This document shows, one piece after another, positions 25,185 to 36,497 of a stretch of 64,000 nucleotides of DNA. Position numbers and translations under genes: made by a program. This DNA comes from Pocillopora damicornis (Eukaryota). Positions within the stretch are counted from its first letter, which is position 1. Each line of letters opens with the position of its first letter. The stretch is taken from NCBI RefSeq assembly GCF_003704095.1, contig NW_020845603.1:1-64000 (forward strand), read 5' to 3'. Below the pieces are notes generated by a model. That model had not been told where the DNA came from and did no database searches. It was given only the letters and a program-made list of their open reading frames with translations.

Positions 25185-25535
25185 ATTTATTCTTTATAAG
25201 TTTCCTTCCCATCTTCCTCAAATGAATTAAGTTCGCATAGCACCTGGAAATATTTCATGGAAAAAGATGAGACACTCGAGACATTATTCAGTGCGAGCCA
25301 AAAGTAGCTATTTGAAAGTTGACACAACCTTTCTCTTCCACTTTTCTCAAAGTGACTGAAATTATACCTTGGCAAAGCCGTGAAGTCTGGTTCATTCTTA
25401 AATTTATCATTTACTTATGTTTATGTAACTATTTGTTTAAATCGTTACTTTTTATGCTTAAATAAAGCCATGAAGTGCCTTTGTGACCATTTATTTTTTA
25501 GACAAAACTTTATTCCGTTCTGCCGGACCAATAGA

Positions 25536-25824
25536 CCGCGTTTCCTCGAATAAGCGCCCACGCTCCCATTGAAGGGCCTTCCCAGCCCCGAGGAATAAAC
25601 TTCCCCTCCTCCTTCACTTTCTAAATAGTAGGGATACAATGAAACCTGCTTCTATTGTCACTTTAGTTATAAATTTGTAAGCTTTAACTACAGCGGAATC
25701 AATAAAGGTTAAAAGTTCCTTCATAAGCGCCCTCCTCGATTAACTGCCCTCCTTCCAATAAGCGCCCCTTCCTTTAGCAGAAATTTTAAATAAGCACTCC
25801 GGGCGCTTATTCGAGGAAATATGG
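25536..25824. mobile_element. MITE with tttcctcgaataagcgccc-type TIRs, copy 2
   Basis: tttcctcgaataagcgccc (25541) is the exact reverse complement of gggcgcttattcgaggaaa (25801); internal ataagcgccc repeats. Confidence 0.75.
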
Positions 25825-27224
25825 GATTTCATTTGAAGAAAAAAGATGGGAAGAGCATAATATATTTATAGCACAGCACTGACTGCAGCTGTAAAATGAT
25901 TAAATGAAAATGCTGACGATAAACAAACTTGCTTTAACATAATAGCCTTTCTTTCAAATTTCTAGTTAATCTTGTTTGGCAATCGTTATTTAGCTGCAAG
26001 AAAACAGTGTCAGCGACAACGCTAGATTTATGACGTTTGTTGAAACAGGTTCTGTTTTCAATTTTACGCGTTTCACCAACAGTTTGCGTCGTAAAATGGA
26101 AAAAAAAAAAAACGTTAGGCAAATGTAACGACGCAAGAACTAGACTTCCTGTTGTTCTTGATGTAACCGATCCCTTTAGAATGGTGGATCGCACCTGCGA
26201 ACCGCATGCCTGTTTCCCATTTCCACTGCACGATTATCTTGCTGCCTGCGCCATTAGGTTTCATGATTTCGCCTTCGTTTGGCCTTACTTTCGCTTTGCA
26301 CGATGTGGTACAGGTGAATTGTAAATATTCAAATTCCGTCAAAACTTTGAAACCATACAAGCTGTTTTGATTAAAGGCGCTTAAACGCAATAAAGCCAGT
26401 TATTTTTTTGTGGCAGATTATGGAGTGGATATTAGATGAATATGCAAAAACATCAAGTACTTATCGCCAACAAAAACAGCCGCCCCATTTGACAGTACTC
26501 TTATTACATGATAAATTATCATGTCAACATGACATCATTCACGACGACAGTCGATATACGAAAATCCGAACGCCAGTCAAAAGAAGTATTATCCTTTTAT
26601 GTTGCAAAAGGGTTTAAGTTACTGCAACAAAGTTTTCGCGTCGCTTGCACGAATCTTCGTTTGAGCAACTTTGCGGGATCGATCTTTTAAGTCCTCGTTT
26701 CAAATTCCGTACAATCGGTTTTTCTTCATCATTCTCTATTGCTCCGAATTAAGTTTTCAATTTGCAGTGTACTCAATCATTTGAAATGATAAATCCTGTT
26801 TTATCTGATGTTAAGGAACTGTGAAAACAAGGTAGATAGAAAAAACGCGTAAAGGTTGTCATCGCGCGCGTTGTCGATGCTCGAGTCCTCGTTGCTCGCA
26901 CGCTGACCACTTCGGTTCATATACTCTGCGGCATTACAAGAAATTCTCACGAAGCGTTAGCAGCTTTTCACAAAGGAAACGGCACAGCTGGGAAAAATAG
27001 CTGTTAAAATGCTTTAGTTTTTCGCCGCCCGTCGCTTGGGACTTAAGGTGAATCGTGGTGTTGTTTAAATCAATAACATTTTTCGTTCGATAGCGTGGTT
27101 TAGTAAAATGTCACTTCTACAGACGCTGTGCTGTGGTTGGCAGACTTTCCACCAAAAGCAGATGAGTTAAACGATCCCCAGCGTGTTGTATGTTCACTTC
27201 GAGCGCAAATGGATATCAACACCC

Positions 27225-28031
27225 ATGGAAATGGAAAAATCATTGAACTCCAGTCGAAATTTTAAACTTCCACCGATTCAAGGCGCTGTTCCGGCGGCGA
27301 GTATTCTTCGGCAACCACCAAGGCCAACTTGGCAACAAGATCAAGCGCGAGCCAATGCGGTTGCCTTGCCGAATCATGGCGCATCAGTTAAACCACGAGC
27401 AGTAATTCACATCCCGAAGGATCCATTCCCAGGACGATACAGAAGTCCTCATATTAGTCACAACATATCGAGTGTATCGACACAGAGACTCGCTTCAAAT
27501 GCAGCGATCGACGAGAAATACGGCGATTCGAAGTTAGATTTTGCACCGCGCCGACATCAGCTTCCGCAGTCGTACTCTGTTCTACCTCCGATTCAGAAAC
27601 TCAAAGAGCCAGTCGATAGAGGAAGGCAGGTAACTGCGGCACAAGACAGAACTTCTCGCGGGGAAAAAGAGAACAACAATTTAAATGTTACTAATAAACC
27701 AATTGGGGATAATAGCTCGCAAAGTGATAATCAAAAAAGCGATGACCCGCGAAAAGTTGGCAACAGTAATGGCAAAAACGGCGACAAAAATTGTTCCCGC
27801 GTTGAAGCGGGAAAAGACTCGTCTTCCAGAAAGAAACAGAAAACAGACAATCAGGATAACGAGACTGGAGAAAGAAAACAGAGCCCTACGACGCTGTTGT
27901 TTTTAAAGGGAAAACGTAAAGGTCGAAGGGTCGGCGTTTGTGTGGAAAATGAACCGGCTTTAATCAACATAACTGAACAGCTAAAAGAAATCTTTCTTCG
28001 CAGAAATATGGAAGAAATGTACCTAATTTAG
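27225..28031 (+). CDS. Uncharacterised intronless protein A (268 aa): two LPPI motifs, low-complexity linker, C-terminal PKI-like pseudosubstrate and NES-like helix
   Basis: Long ORF from the first ATG at 27225. Shares KLPPI, P.SY.VLPPI and the C-terminal ~45 aa with the ORF at 36498-37385, which supports coding status. The function call is motif-based inference. Confidence 0.8.
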   Translation: MEMEKSLNSSRNFKLPPIQGAVPAASILRQPPRPTWQQDQARANAVALPNHGASVKPRAVIHIPKDPFPGRYRSPHISHNISSVSTQRLASNAAIDEKYGDSKLDFAPRRHQLPQSYSVLPPIQKLKEPVDRGRQVTAAQDRTSRGEKENNNLNVTNKPIGDNSSQSDNQKSDDPRKVGNSNGKNGDKNCSRVEAGKDSSSRKKQKTDNQDNETGERKQSPTTLLFLKGKRKGRRVGVCVENEPALINITEQLKEIFLRRNMEEMYLI

Positions 28032-31000
28032 CAGTGTGCACTTGACAACCGAGTTTCAAATGGGCAGGTGTAAGTTTAATTTCGTGAAAGCTGTATTTGT
28101 TTACAGTTTAACGCAGCAGTGAGGACAGGATCTAAATTCACTCTAAGAGTAGTGAAAATCGGTCGAGAAAAACATCCTACCGGTCACGTTTCTTGCATCA
28201 TAGGCCGTGTGAAACGTGAAAGTTTTCAAAGCCTTTGCTTCGTCGCATCTCGGTTATTTTCTGTCTTTCACACTGATTAAAAAGTCAAAAGCTTGGGATT
28301 ACCATAACAACTGATGAAAATTTCGACAATTTTGAGTCTCCTTTGCCAGCTTATTTATTACGTTTTTCCATCTGTGGGTTCGCTCTCTGGTCATGAATTG
28401 AAAAAAGGTTCGAGGATTTTCCTTGATGATGGAAAAACTATGCAAAACAAATTGAAGCGATTACAAATCGTACTCAAAGAAGGAAAAGAACATTTCCTAT
28501 TTAAATAGATCCAATAACATTTTACCGCTTACATATGGTTTTACTTCTCTTAACTTACCAAGCAAATAGACGAAATCTATGCCGGTTGAAGCGTTGAAAT
28601 AGATTGACACTGAATTAATCTTTTTTGGTTAAAGGCGCTTTATTGAAGGAAAAATGTCTTAGGGAAAGGTGAATTAGTGCTATAATGACACCGAACTTGG
28701 CTAAATGTTACTTGAAACGATGAAGCTTTCGGACTCAAATATAACTCAGATATAAAAGAAGTATCACGTCTGCAAGACTAAAAGCTTAGTCATATTTATT
28801 CATAGAATTGCGACAAACTTTTGGAAACATTTGCAAATAGACTATTTAAACCTGTGAATTCGCTTCCGAAGATTAACTTCAATTGGTTTCCATTTTAAAA
28901 TTTTTGTAACATAAAACTTTTAATGTTTTTAAGAATCCATGATGTTAATATGTAAATAAAATGTGAACCTCAACTTCTCTGGTTCCCATGGCAGTCGAAA
29001 TTCTGATTAACAGCGTTCCTGAGAATTAGAAAGAATTCTTAGCCTTTCCGGTAAATGGGGTAACTGTCTATCGTCTGAGGACTGATGTGAAAAATTTCAC
29101 CCTGGTTGGCGAGCTCCGGTTTTGATCTTCACTTTAATCTTTTACAGATGATGGAAAAAGATTTGAAGAACATGTTATTCTACAAGTTTATAAAAGCACT
29201 AGGTCACTTCTTGACCAAAAAAAAAACCTATTTTAGCCTAAAATTTCGAATAGGTACCGATTTTTCTGTAATCGTTTGAAATGAAAGCTTGAGAGTAATG
29301 AAATGTCGCAAATATGATTAAATGCATCATTTTCACAACGAATGGCTAATACCAAAATCTGTTATCTAGCAACAGAGACAATTCTACTTACAAGAGCTAA
29401 AATAACCCTATTCTTCAGTAAAAACCAATTTATGGAACCTCAAAAGATATGAAATAAAAATGTCTAACAGACTTACACGAGGGTTGTTACCCCATAGCAG
29501 TGAATGTCGGTGATAGCGAAAAATAGTAGAAAAGAATATTGGTGAAACATTGTCGTCGATTTGCTTTCGTTTACATCATCGTAAGAGGGTTTCAATTAGG
29601 TATACCGTTAACTGTAAAACGGCAGAAAAATTTAGCCGTTAGGCGTAACGATTGATAAGTCGTAGAAAAGGTGAAAGGTGGAAATAGTTTTTTTAATCGC
29701 AAAGGAAAGAATATTAAGAGTTACATTTAAGAGCCATCACTGCATTGAGACTTCTTGAAACGAATAGGGATCGAATGATGAAAAAAGTGTTTATTTCAGA
29801 TATGGTGCCAGTTGCCATCAAAATCAACACTTTTTTTATCTTAATTTTTAATGAGAAATCTTTTTTGCCCTTTCTGGCGTGAAAACTGTGATTGGCTCCT
29901 TGTTATTCTCCACAGCTGCTTGCAAGCCATGTATCCTGAGAAGTAGAATGAAGCTGAAATCAGCAATTAGAAGTTCGGAAATTCTATAGTTTTGTGGCGC
30001 AAAAAAAGGAAGACATATGTTCCATCTTTTCGAGCAGCCGTTTTGTTTTGTTTTGCTGTAAAAACAACGGAAGTGNNNNNNNNNNNNNNNNNNNNNNNNN
30101 NNNNNNNNNNNNNNNNNNNNNNNNNNNNNNNNNNNNNNNNNNNNNNNNNNNNNNNNNNNNNNNNNNNNNNNNNNNNNNNNNNNNNNNNNNNNNNNNNNNN
30201 NNNNNNNNNNNNNNNNNNNNNNNNNNNNNNNNNNNNNNNNNNNNNNNNNNNNNNNNNNNNNNNNNNNNNNNNNNNNNNNNNNNNNNNNNNNNNNNNNNNN
30301 NNNNNNNNNNNNNNNNNNNNNNNNNNNNNNNNNNNNNNNNNNNNNNNNNNNNNNNNNNNNNNNNAGGCAATAAACACTTACCTTAGGTTACTTAGGTTCT
30401 CTGACTCCCCTGTCTTGCGTCACTCTTGTGTTTTCTAGCATTTTCTTACTTGACACCTACTAACAAAATAGCATTTAACATGCCCCTTGTACTTCCCTGT
30501 ACCCCTGTGTACAGAAATTAACTAATTACGTGGGATGCCTGTGGCAGACCACGTAAAAAAATTCGCTAGAGAGTGGTCGTAGTAGTCAGATATGGAAATT
30601 AGCCACGTGTTTGAGCTTCTCACTGAAGTGAAGCCTTGTTGGCTGGGGTTTCTAATTGGAGCAACGCTATTTGCGCGAACAAAATCGATTGACGAAATTT
30701 GCTCTAGATTTTGTTTGGCTTGTTTGCCTCGTAGGCAGTAAAATATGGGATCTGAAAAAGTGTTTTTGCCGAAGACAGGGAACATACACTGAAAAGGCAA
30801 TCTTCGCCGTTTTGCACTAAGGCAACGTTCAGTAACACGTACCTTCGCAGTCTTTGTGATAGTTTTTTTTTTAAAGATCACTGAGCAGGTTAGACTGATC
30901 GAAATTTCAATCTTCACTTATTACCGAACTATTTAAAGCCTAATGCGGTTCCTGTGTAATTTACACTCTATGTAAATGATTTTTTTTGTCCGTTCCAGTC

Positions 31001-31605
31001 GTTTGAGCACCTGGCTTATGGTTTTCGTTCCCCCTTTCTTCCCAGATTCTCCATACCGTTTTCCAAACGTTTGCTACAGTACTGACAAGGAGAATTTGTT
31101 TAACAATAAAGAGCTTCTACGGTCGGTGGTCATTTTCTTTATTCTCGTGACCGTAATGTTTGATTCAGGAGGGATAAGGTAAGGAGAAATTAGATGCTGG
31201 TCGCAGTTACGAGTTTTAGGGTTAAGTAAGCTGTCAGAAGTAAATGAATTGAGCGACGTTCCAACCGTTTGCCAACGGGATCTCTGTAGCTTAGTTATAA
31301 TGTGTCAGACCAGGAAATCCAGAGGTCCGATCCTCATGGAAGACTCAGGCATTTTCTTTGCCATATGTTGGTGCAAAATGATAACACCGTTCTTTAATTA
31401 AGTGATATTCCTATAAATTTTGCAAACGAACTCTTTGGAAAACGTTTTTAACGTGGTGCATATAGGTTAAGAGTGTACCTTGAAGTTGTCGTGTTCGCCA
31501 TTGTTCGACTGACTTTCTCTGCAGACTTTCTCTATTGTGAGCAGTTGCGGTTTGAGTTGAGGTTGGAATTGGGGTTTGGGGTTTGGGTTAGGCTTTTGGT
31601 TTAGG

Positions 31606-32574
31606 CTAGGACGAGGGCAAATGTGATGGAACAACGAAAGTGGTAAGTTGTGTCGAGAGCAGATTTCCTTTCGATGATCTTTTGCGAATGAGGTGCCTCA
31701 ATGTAGCTTTTAAATGAGTATTGCTGTATCCATACACGAAGGGGTTCACAACAGAATTTAAGAAAACCGAGATGCTTAAAAACTGATACACAGGTGCTGT
31801 CCAACGAGGCCAATCCAGCTCAGAATTGTACTGCGTTTTCAACCTAAGGCTGAGTCCTAAAATAGGCAGCCACCACTCACCAAAGTAAGATAACAAAAGA
31901 AAAACTGTAATAAGCTGCTTGGAAGCCTTTTTAGCTCGGCTATTCGTAGCTAAATTCGCAGGACTAACCCTTGTGTGGCTAATCTGTTTACGGTGACGCC
32001 AGGAGAGTTTTAAGATACAACCGTAAATACTGAGCATCACAAGTAAAGGTGCACAGTAATTCAGCAAAAATAGCGGGATAAACAGGTCTATCGGCAGAAA
32101 ATGAAAGCAGGATGAATGCTTCTGAATTTGTGACCTCTGAAAAGTGTCAGCAGCAAAGACAAAGGCTGATGAACCAAAGGAATATAACCACAGTAATAGA
32201 GCTGTTATCCAGACAGTCTTATCATGAATCATGTTGAAGCGGAATGGGTAAATGATCCGAAGAAAACGAGCCACAGACACACTGCAGAAACTTAAAATTG
32301 AAGCAGAGGCTGTCACTAGATAAGCAAATGTTCTTAATTTGCATCCGAGCACGCCATATTTCCAAGTTCCTGAGATCAGATGTTGGAGATGAAAAGGCAC
32401 AACCACAAGAGGAAACAGGATATCTGATACAGCGAGGCTTACCATGAATGGATTGACTGCTTTTCGAATCTCGCGTGAGAAAGTGAAGAGCAGAATAAAA
32501 CCGCCGTTAATGACCACGCTGCCGAGAATAAGAACGATGTAAATACAAGCCGTCGTGTAATGATACCACTCCAT
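31606..32574 (-). CDS. Intronless rhodopsin-like (class A) orphan GPCR, 322 aa
   Basis: Seven hydrophobic segments; TM1 IN, TM2 SLAVSD, W.YG..GC, TM3 SVARF (DRY variant), TM5 P...Y, TM6 WLP, TM7 NS.VNPFVY. Confidence 0.9.
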   Translation of the reverse strand: MEWYHYTTACIYIVLILGSVVINGGFILLFTFSREIRKAVNPFMVSLAVSDILFPLVVVPFHLQHLISGTWKYGVLGCKLRTFAYLVTASASILSFCSVSVARFLRIIYPFRFNMIHDKTVWITALLLWLYSFGSSAFVFAADTFQRSQIQKHSSCFHFLPIDLFIPLFLLNYCAPLLVMLSIYGCILKLSWRHRKQISHTRVSPANLATNSRAKKASKQLITVFLLLSYFGEWWLPILGLSLRLKTQYNSELDWPRWTAPVYQFLSISVFLNSVVNPFVYGYSNTHLKATLRHLIRKRSSKGNLLSTQLTTFVVPSHLPSS

Positions 32575-33484
32575 CGTAGGCGAGTATTACAGTTTGAGAG
32601 CTGGTCCGATGTTTCTCAATTTCCTGAAGTTAACATCTCTCGCTGGAGGCTGCTGTAGATGGAGGAATCAGGTAACTTAACCAAAATACTCCAGCCCCCT
32701 CAGGCGATAAAAAATGACAGGCCCTTAATATGATATAAATACATGTTGGTTTACCATGTGCACCACTGTTTATAACTCAGTAAACGTCAATTTATTTTTT
32801 TATGTATTCGTGAATCGCAACTCAGTGTGACTCAGGCTAACACATCCTCTTTTACTTTTGTGTTAAAATGGAACAATTTTTGTTATCTGTAGTGCGGGGA
32901 GAATAACATTTATAGTTTTTTCAAAAAGTTGTCACTGACCTTTTCTTATTCTAATCGACAAAGTAACCGAAAAAAACTGCCACTTTATGACATTGTGGAC
33001 AACGAAACTCAAGCAGCGAAATCGGCATGAAAACGTGAACTGAGCAAGGTCATTCCAAGAAGCTTAAAGTTTGCACTCCAAAGCTGGGTTTTTCATCCTA
33101 TTAGAGAAGGATTACTTAATTTAACTACTTGTTTCAACATTAAGATTTGTTACCTTCATGTAGGTTGCGAACTTACCTCTTGAATTGAGCTTCGAAGTGA
33201 GGCTGACCTGTGAGCATGCAAAGTTTCACAATCTCGTCGTCTTAAAAATTCGTTTGCCGCAACAGCTTCCTAAATAATATACCTATCCTTCTAGTGAGGT
33301 TGCAGCTTGCAGGCTGAGCGGAGATTATGGACAAAGAAATCATTTCACGGGCAAGGGATGTTTTTGAAAATTTGGATCGGATCCATCCTTCAGATTTTCC
33401 GTTAATAGTTCTAGGTCGATCGAATGTATTCTTGAAGCTAATTTATTCACACAACATTTATAGTAACGTCTCCAGCTTTAAGAC

Positions 33485-33634
33485 CAGGTCCCGGTTTTTC
33501 GAAGGTTGGATAACGCTATCAGCTGAATAAATCTCTATCCGGTGGATAATTTAGCATGTTTTGATATCATTTATCTGCTGGATAGCGATTTATCCGTTGG
33601 ATAACGCTATCCGACCTTTATACAATTAGGCCCA
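33485..33634. mobile_element. Palindromic MITE-like element (ggataacgctatcc repeats)
   Basis: Imperfect inverted ends with internal repeats ttggataacgctatc / ggatagcgatttatcc. Confidence 0.6.
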
Positions 33635-34149
33635 GAAGAAAAATCTGTGGTCATTTAATTTTCTCGGGCGATAAACAAAATATTAAAAAAAATGACACTT
33701 TCGCTACAAACGGAACATCACATTGTGTTCGGTTCCGACAGATGGCGATCGACGAAAAGGGTATTCTGACCAAAACGTTGCCTGTTTTTGTCGCGTTTGA
33801 ATGAAATTAGTGGAGGTTGTGAAAAGATAGTATCAGCCTCTGAATCGTTTCGAAGTAATTTAAAGTTCTTAAGAATAATAGATTTAACTACGTGGTTGAG
33901 AGGGTGAAATGTGGGAGTGAATGGAGTGCGATCAGTATTTTCCTTCTGAGCCGTTTGTGGTGCTGACTGTCGATCAATTTGTTGGGCGCGGTGGTGGCCC
34001 GCTTGAACGACATAAACAAGATAGCCACGTTTATTTAAAAATTAGCACATTACCTCTAATTTTCCGGAAAAATTAGAGTCGTCACTACATAAACGACAAA
34101 GTCTGAGAAACTGTGAAAAAAGTATGGAATTCTTGACGTGTGATCAGAT

Positions 34150-35050
34150 GCAAAGATGAGTACAACAAGTAACTAAGTGAATCTGTAGGTTTGTAGTAAA
34201 CACTAGTGCATAGACCGTTGCCTTGTCTAAAAAAGCCAAAAAAGTGCCGGGAAATTTCCAGGTATATTTCAGAGCCGGGTGAAAGGAATTGACGGCGGTT
34301 TTAAATTGAGTGAGCTCCTCTCTGGTAGAGGAGGTATAGTGCCGATGCAGTCATCAATGAGCGACCGTAGAGTTCAGGTTTGGGGCCGTTGTATTGACCA
34401 AAAAACTGGTGTTTAATAAAATCTACGAAAAGATTGGTGGAGCTGGGTCCCATTTTAGTACCCATGGCTACACCATTAGTTTGTTTGTAGTAGCTGCCAA
34501 CGAATGAAAAGCAATTGAGCGTTAGGACTGGTTCGGCTAGACAGAGTAGTGTTTCAGAGCTAGATTCCTTGATAGTGCGTTGATCAGAAAAAAGGTTTGA
34601 GGGCCTGGAGACCTTTGTCATTGGGAATGACAGTATAAAGAGATGTAACATCCATAGTGAAAATAAGTTTGTTTTGGCCAAGGAAATTTAAGTCGCGAAA
34701 AATCGCCAAACAAGCACGCATCCAAACCAGTCGCTAGATAATTTAATCTCTATAATCACTCTAAACAGCATATGGCAGTGTGTAGCCTTTCCCTACATCT
34801 AGGCAGTTCGGAAAGCCGCAAAACTCGAGAACAAATTTATCTTTAAAATCGACACTCTTGATCCTCACGGTATCGCTTTAAAAAGACATTTACAACCCAT
34901 AATTCCTCCGACCACTCTGACTAAGGGCTAACGCTTTTTAAAGAAACTATGTAATTTAGCATTATCAACTGAGTTGATAACGTAAATTGGCCACCGTAAA
35001 GAGTTTAAAAGCTGACGTTTCGAGCGTTAGTCCTTTCGTCAGAGTGATTG
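34150..35050 (-). mobile_element. Rearranged Penelope-like retroelement remnant (RT fragment on -, GIY-YIG tail on +, hammerhead cores)
   Basis: Minus ORF 34301-34681 contains VLTLNCFSF...YYKQTNGVAMGTKMGP, typical of PLE RT, with frameshifts around it. Plus strand ~34810-34875 resembles a frameshifted PLE endonuclease C-terminus (..KFIFKIDTLDPHGI). Boundaries approximate. Confidence 0.8.
35008..35045 (-). ncRNA. Minimal hammerhead ribozyme-like motif associated with Penelope-like element
   Basis: Minus strand ctCTGACGAaaggactaacgctcGAAAcGTCagc has the CUGANGA and GAAA cores and a GUC triplet; stem II is imperfect. Confidence 0.6.
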
Positions 35051-36497
35051 GATCCGATCTTTATCGGCTTAAAAAATAGCAGTTACATTGTTTATTTTTT
35101 TTAAGACATTCAAAAAGCTCTTAAAGAATCCTTCGAAATGTCTAGGATTTTTTGAGAATTTTCCTTACGAGCTCTAAGTGATTTTAACCAAGGCAATAAC
35201 CTGAACATTCTCATGAAAAAACTGAAGGAAAATGTCGGATGCAAGGGAATTTTCTCAAAATTGAAATGCAAACTTTTAAACTTGAGAACTGGCATTTGAA
35301 AATAGGAAACTTTGACAATCAAACGTACTTAGATTACTTCAAATTTCTTATGCGAAGATGTTTAACGCACCGTAAGAAACACCGATTCCTAATCTGAAAA
35401 CGTGCAGTTTTAAATGTCAGAACTGACGTTTAAAAACTTCGATTTTAAAACTAAAAAAGTTAAGTTTTCAGCGTAAGAACTGACATTGGAAAATACAAAC
35501 ACTTAGCATTACAAATGTCCCGTCGCTTAAGACTTTATGAAAGTAAAGCTGCATTGATATCGAGGCAAATTAATTATAACTGAATTAAATTTAGCGATTG
35601 ATTGGCAAAACTACAACCCGACGTGTGGATACGTCAATCACTGATTTTCCCTAGTTAAATGGTATGTCACAATTGAGAAAGAGAAATTATTAGCGCAGGT
35701 TGAAAATTTGAATTATTTTTTTTCCTTTTGTCTTATTTTTAATTTGTCTGTTTCAGAAAAATCTTTCCGTCGGAAATTCATTAAGTGGAATAGCATAAAC
35801 CTTTTCCGCATAAATTTATCTTAGATAAGATCGATAGAATCTTAGCGCATTTAAGATCAAAACGTAGGAGTTTGTGTATGGTTTCGTATTCAGTATTTTC
35901 AGCATACATGGCTCGAAATAAAATAAAATTGACTGCCATTAAACAGTGAATAATTCATGATTTGCGGTCGTTCTTAGAGGCAGTAAATTTATGTAGAGAA
36001 TCAAGACTAGTCAAACACTAGACTTACTCGTGATCCTTCGCCTAATCTTGCTTTAAATGTGAAATCGATCCTTGCTGACTTATCTAAAATTTAAAGTAGT
36101 AACCACCCTCCAAAGACATTATTGTATTAAAAAATCGATGCTGAACTTAAATTATGTCGAACTTCCCCTACCGACGAAATCGACTAAGTTTCCAAACAGG
36201 TCAAATCTTTTTATACTTGTCAATGTGTTTTCCCCACCTAGAAACCACATAAAAATTTTCGACTTACAGCTGAAATACAGGGACCGGAGGTAAACATTTT
36301 AATGGAAAACAAGACCAACAAATTATCCTTCACGTAAATAAAAAAGCTAAGTGTCATTATTTAGGTCAGTTCATAACAAAACTGATTTATTTTTTTCTTT
36401 TAATTTCCAAAAACATCTCACCCATTTAACTTCGTCAATCCAACAGCAGAATTCCTGCTGGTAAATCTATTTACAATTTTTTTGGCTTTGAACATTT

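Noticed and set aside
29967-30438. ORFs of 128-148 aa
   Set aside because: Artefacts of the N-run at 30076-30364; the 9308-9787 ORF similarly spans a gap.
31285-31370. tRNA-like or SINE-like fragment (similar traces near 19710-19790 and 55100-55200)
   Set aside because: Too decayed to fold as a cloverleaf; not called as a tRNA gene.
31550-31606. Telomere-like or G-quadruplex-like tract (ggggtttggggtttgggttagg) at the GPCR stop
   Set aside because: Short and irregular, with no run of exact TTAGGG units; no support for function.
31606-32574. Possible opsin
   Set aside because: No lysine at the retinal-attachment position in TM7 (FLSISVFLNSVVNPFVY).
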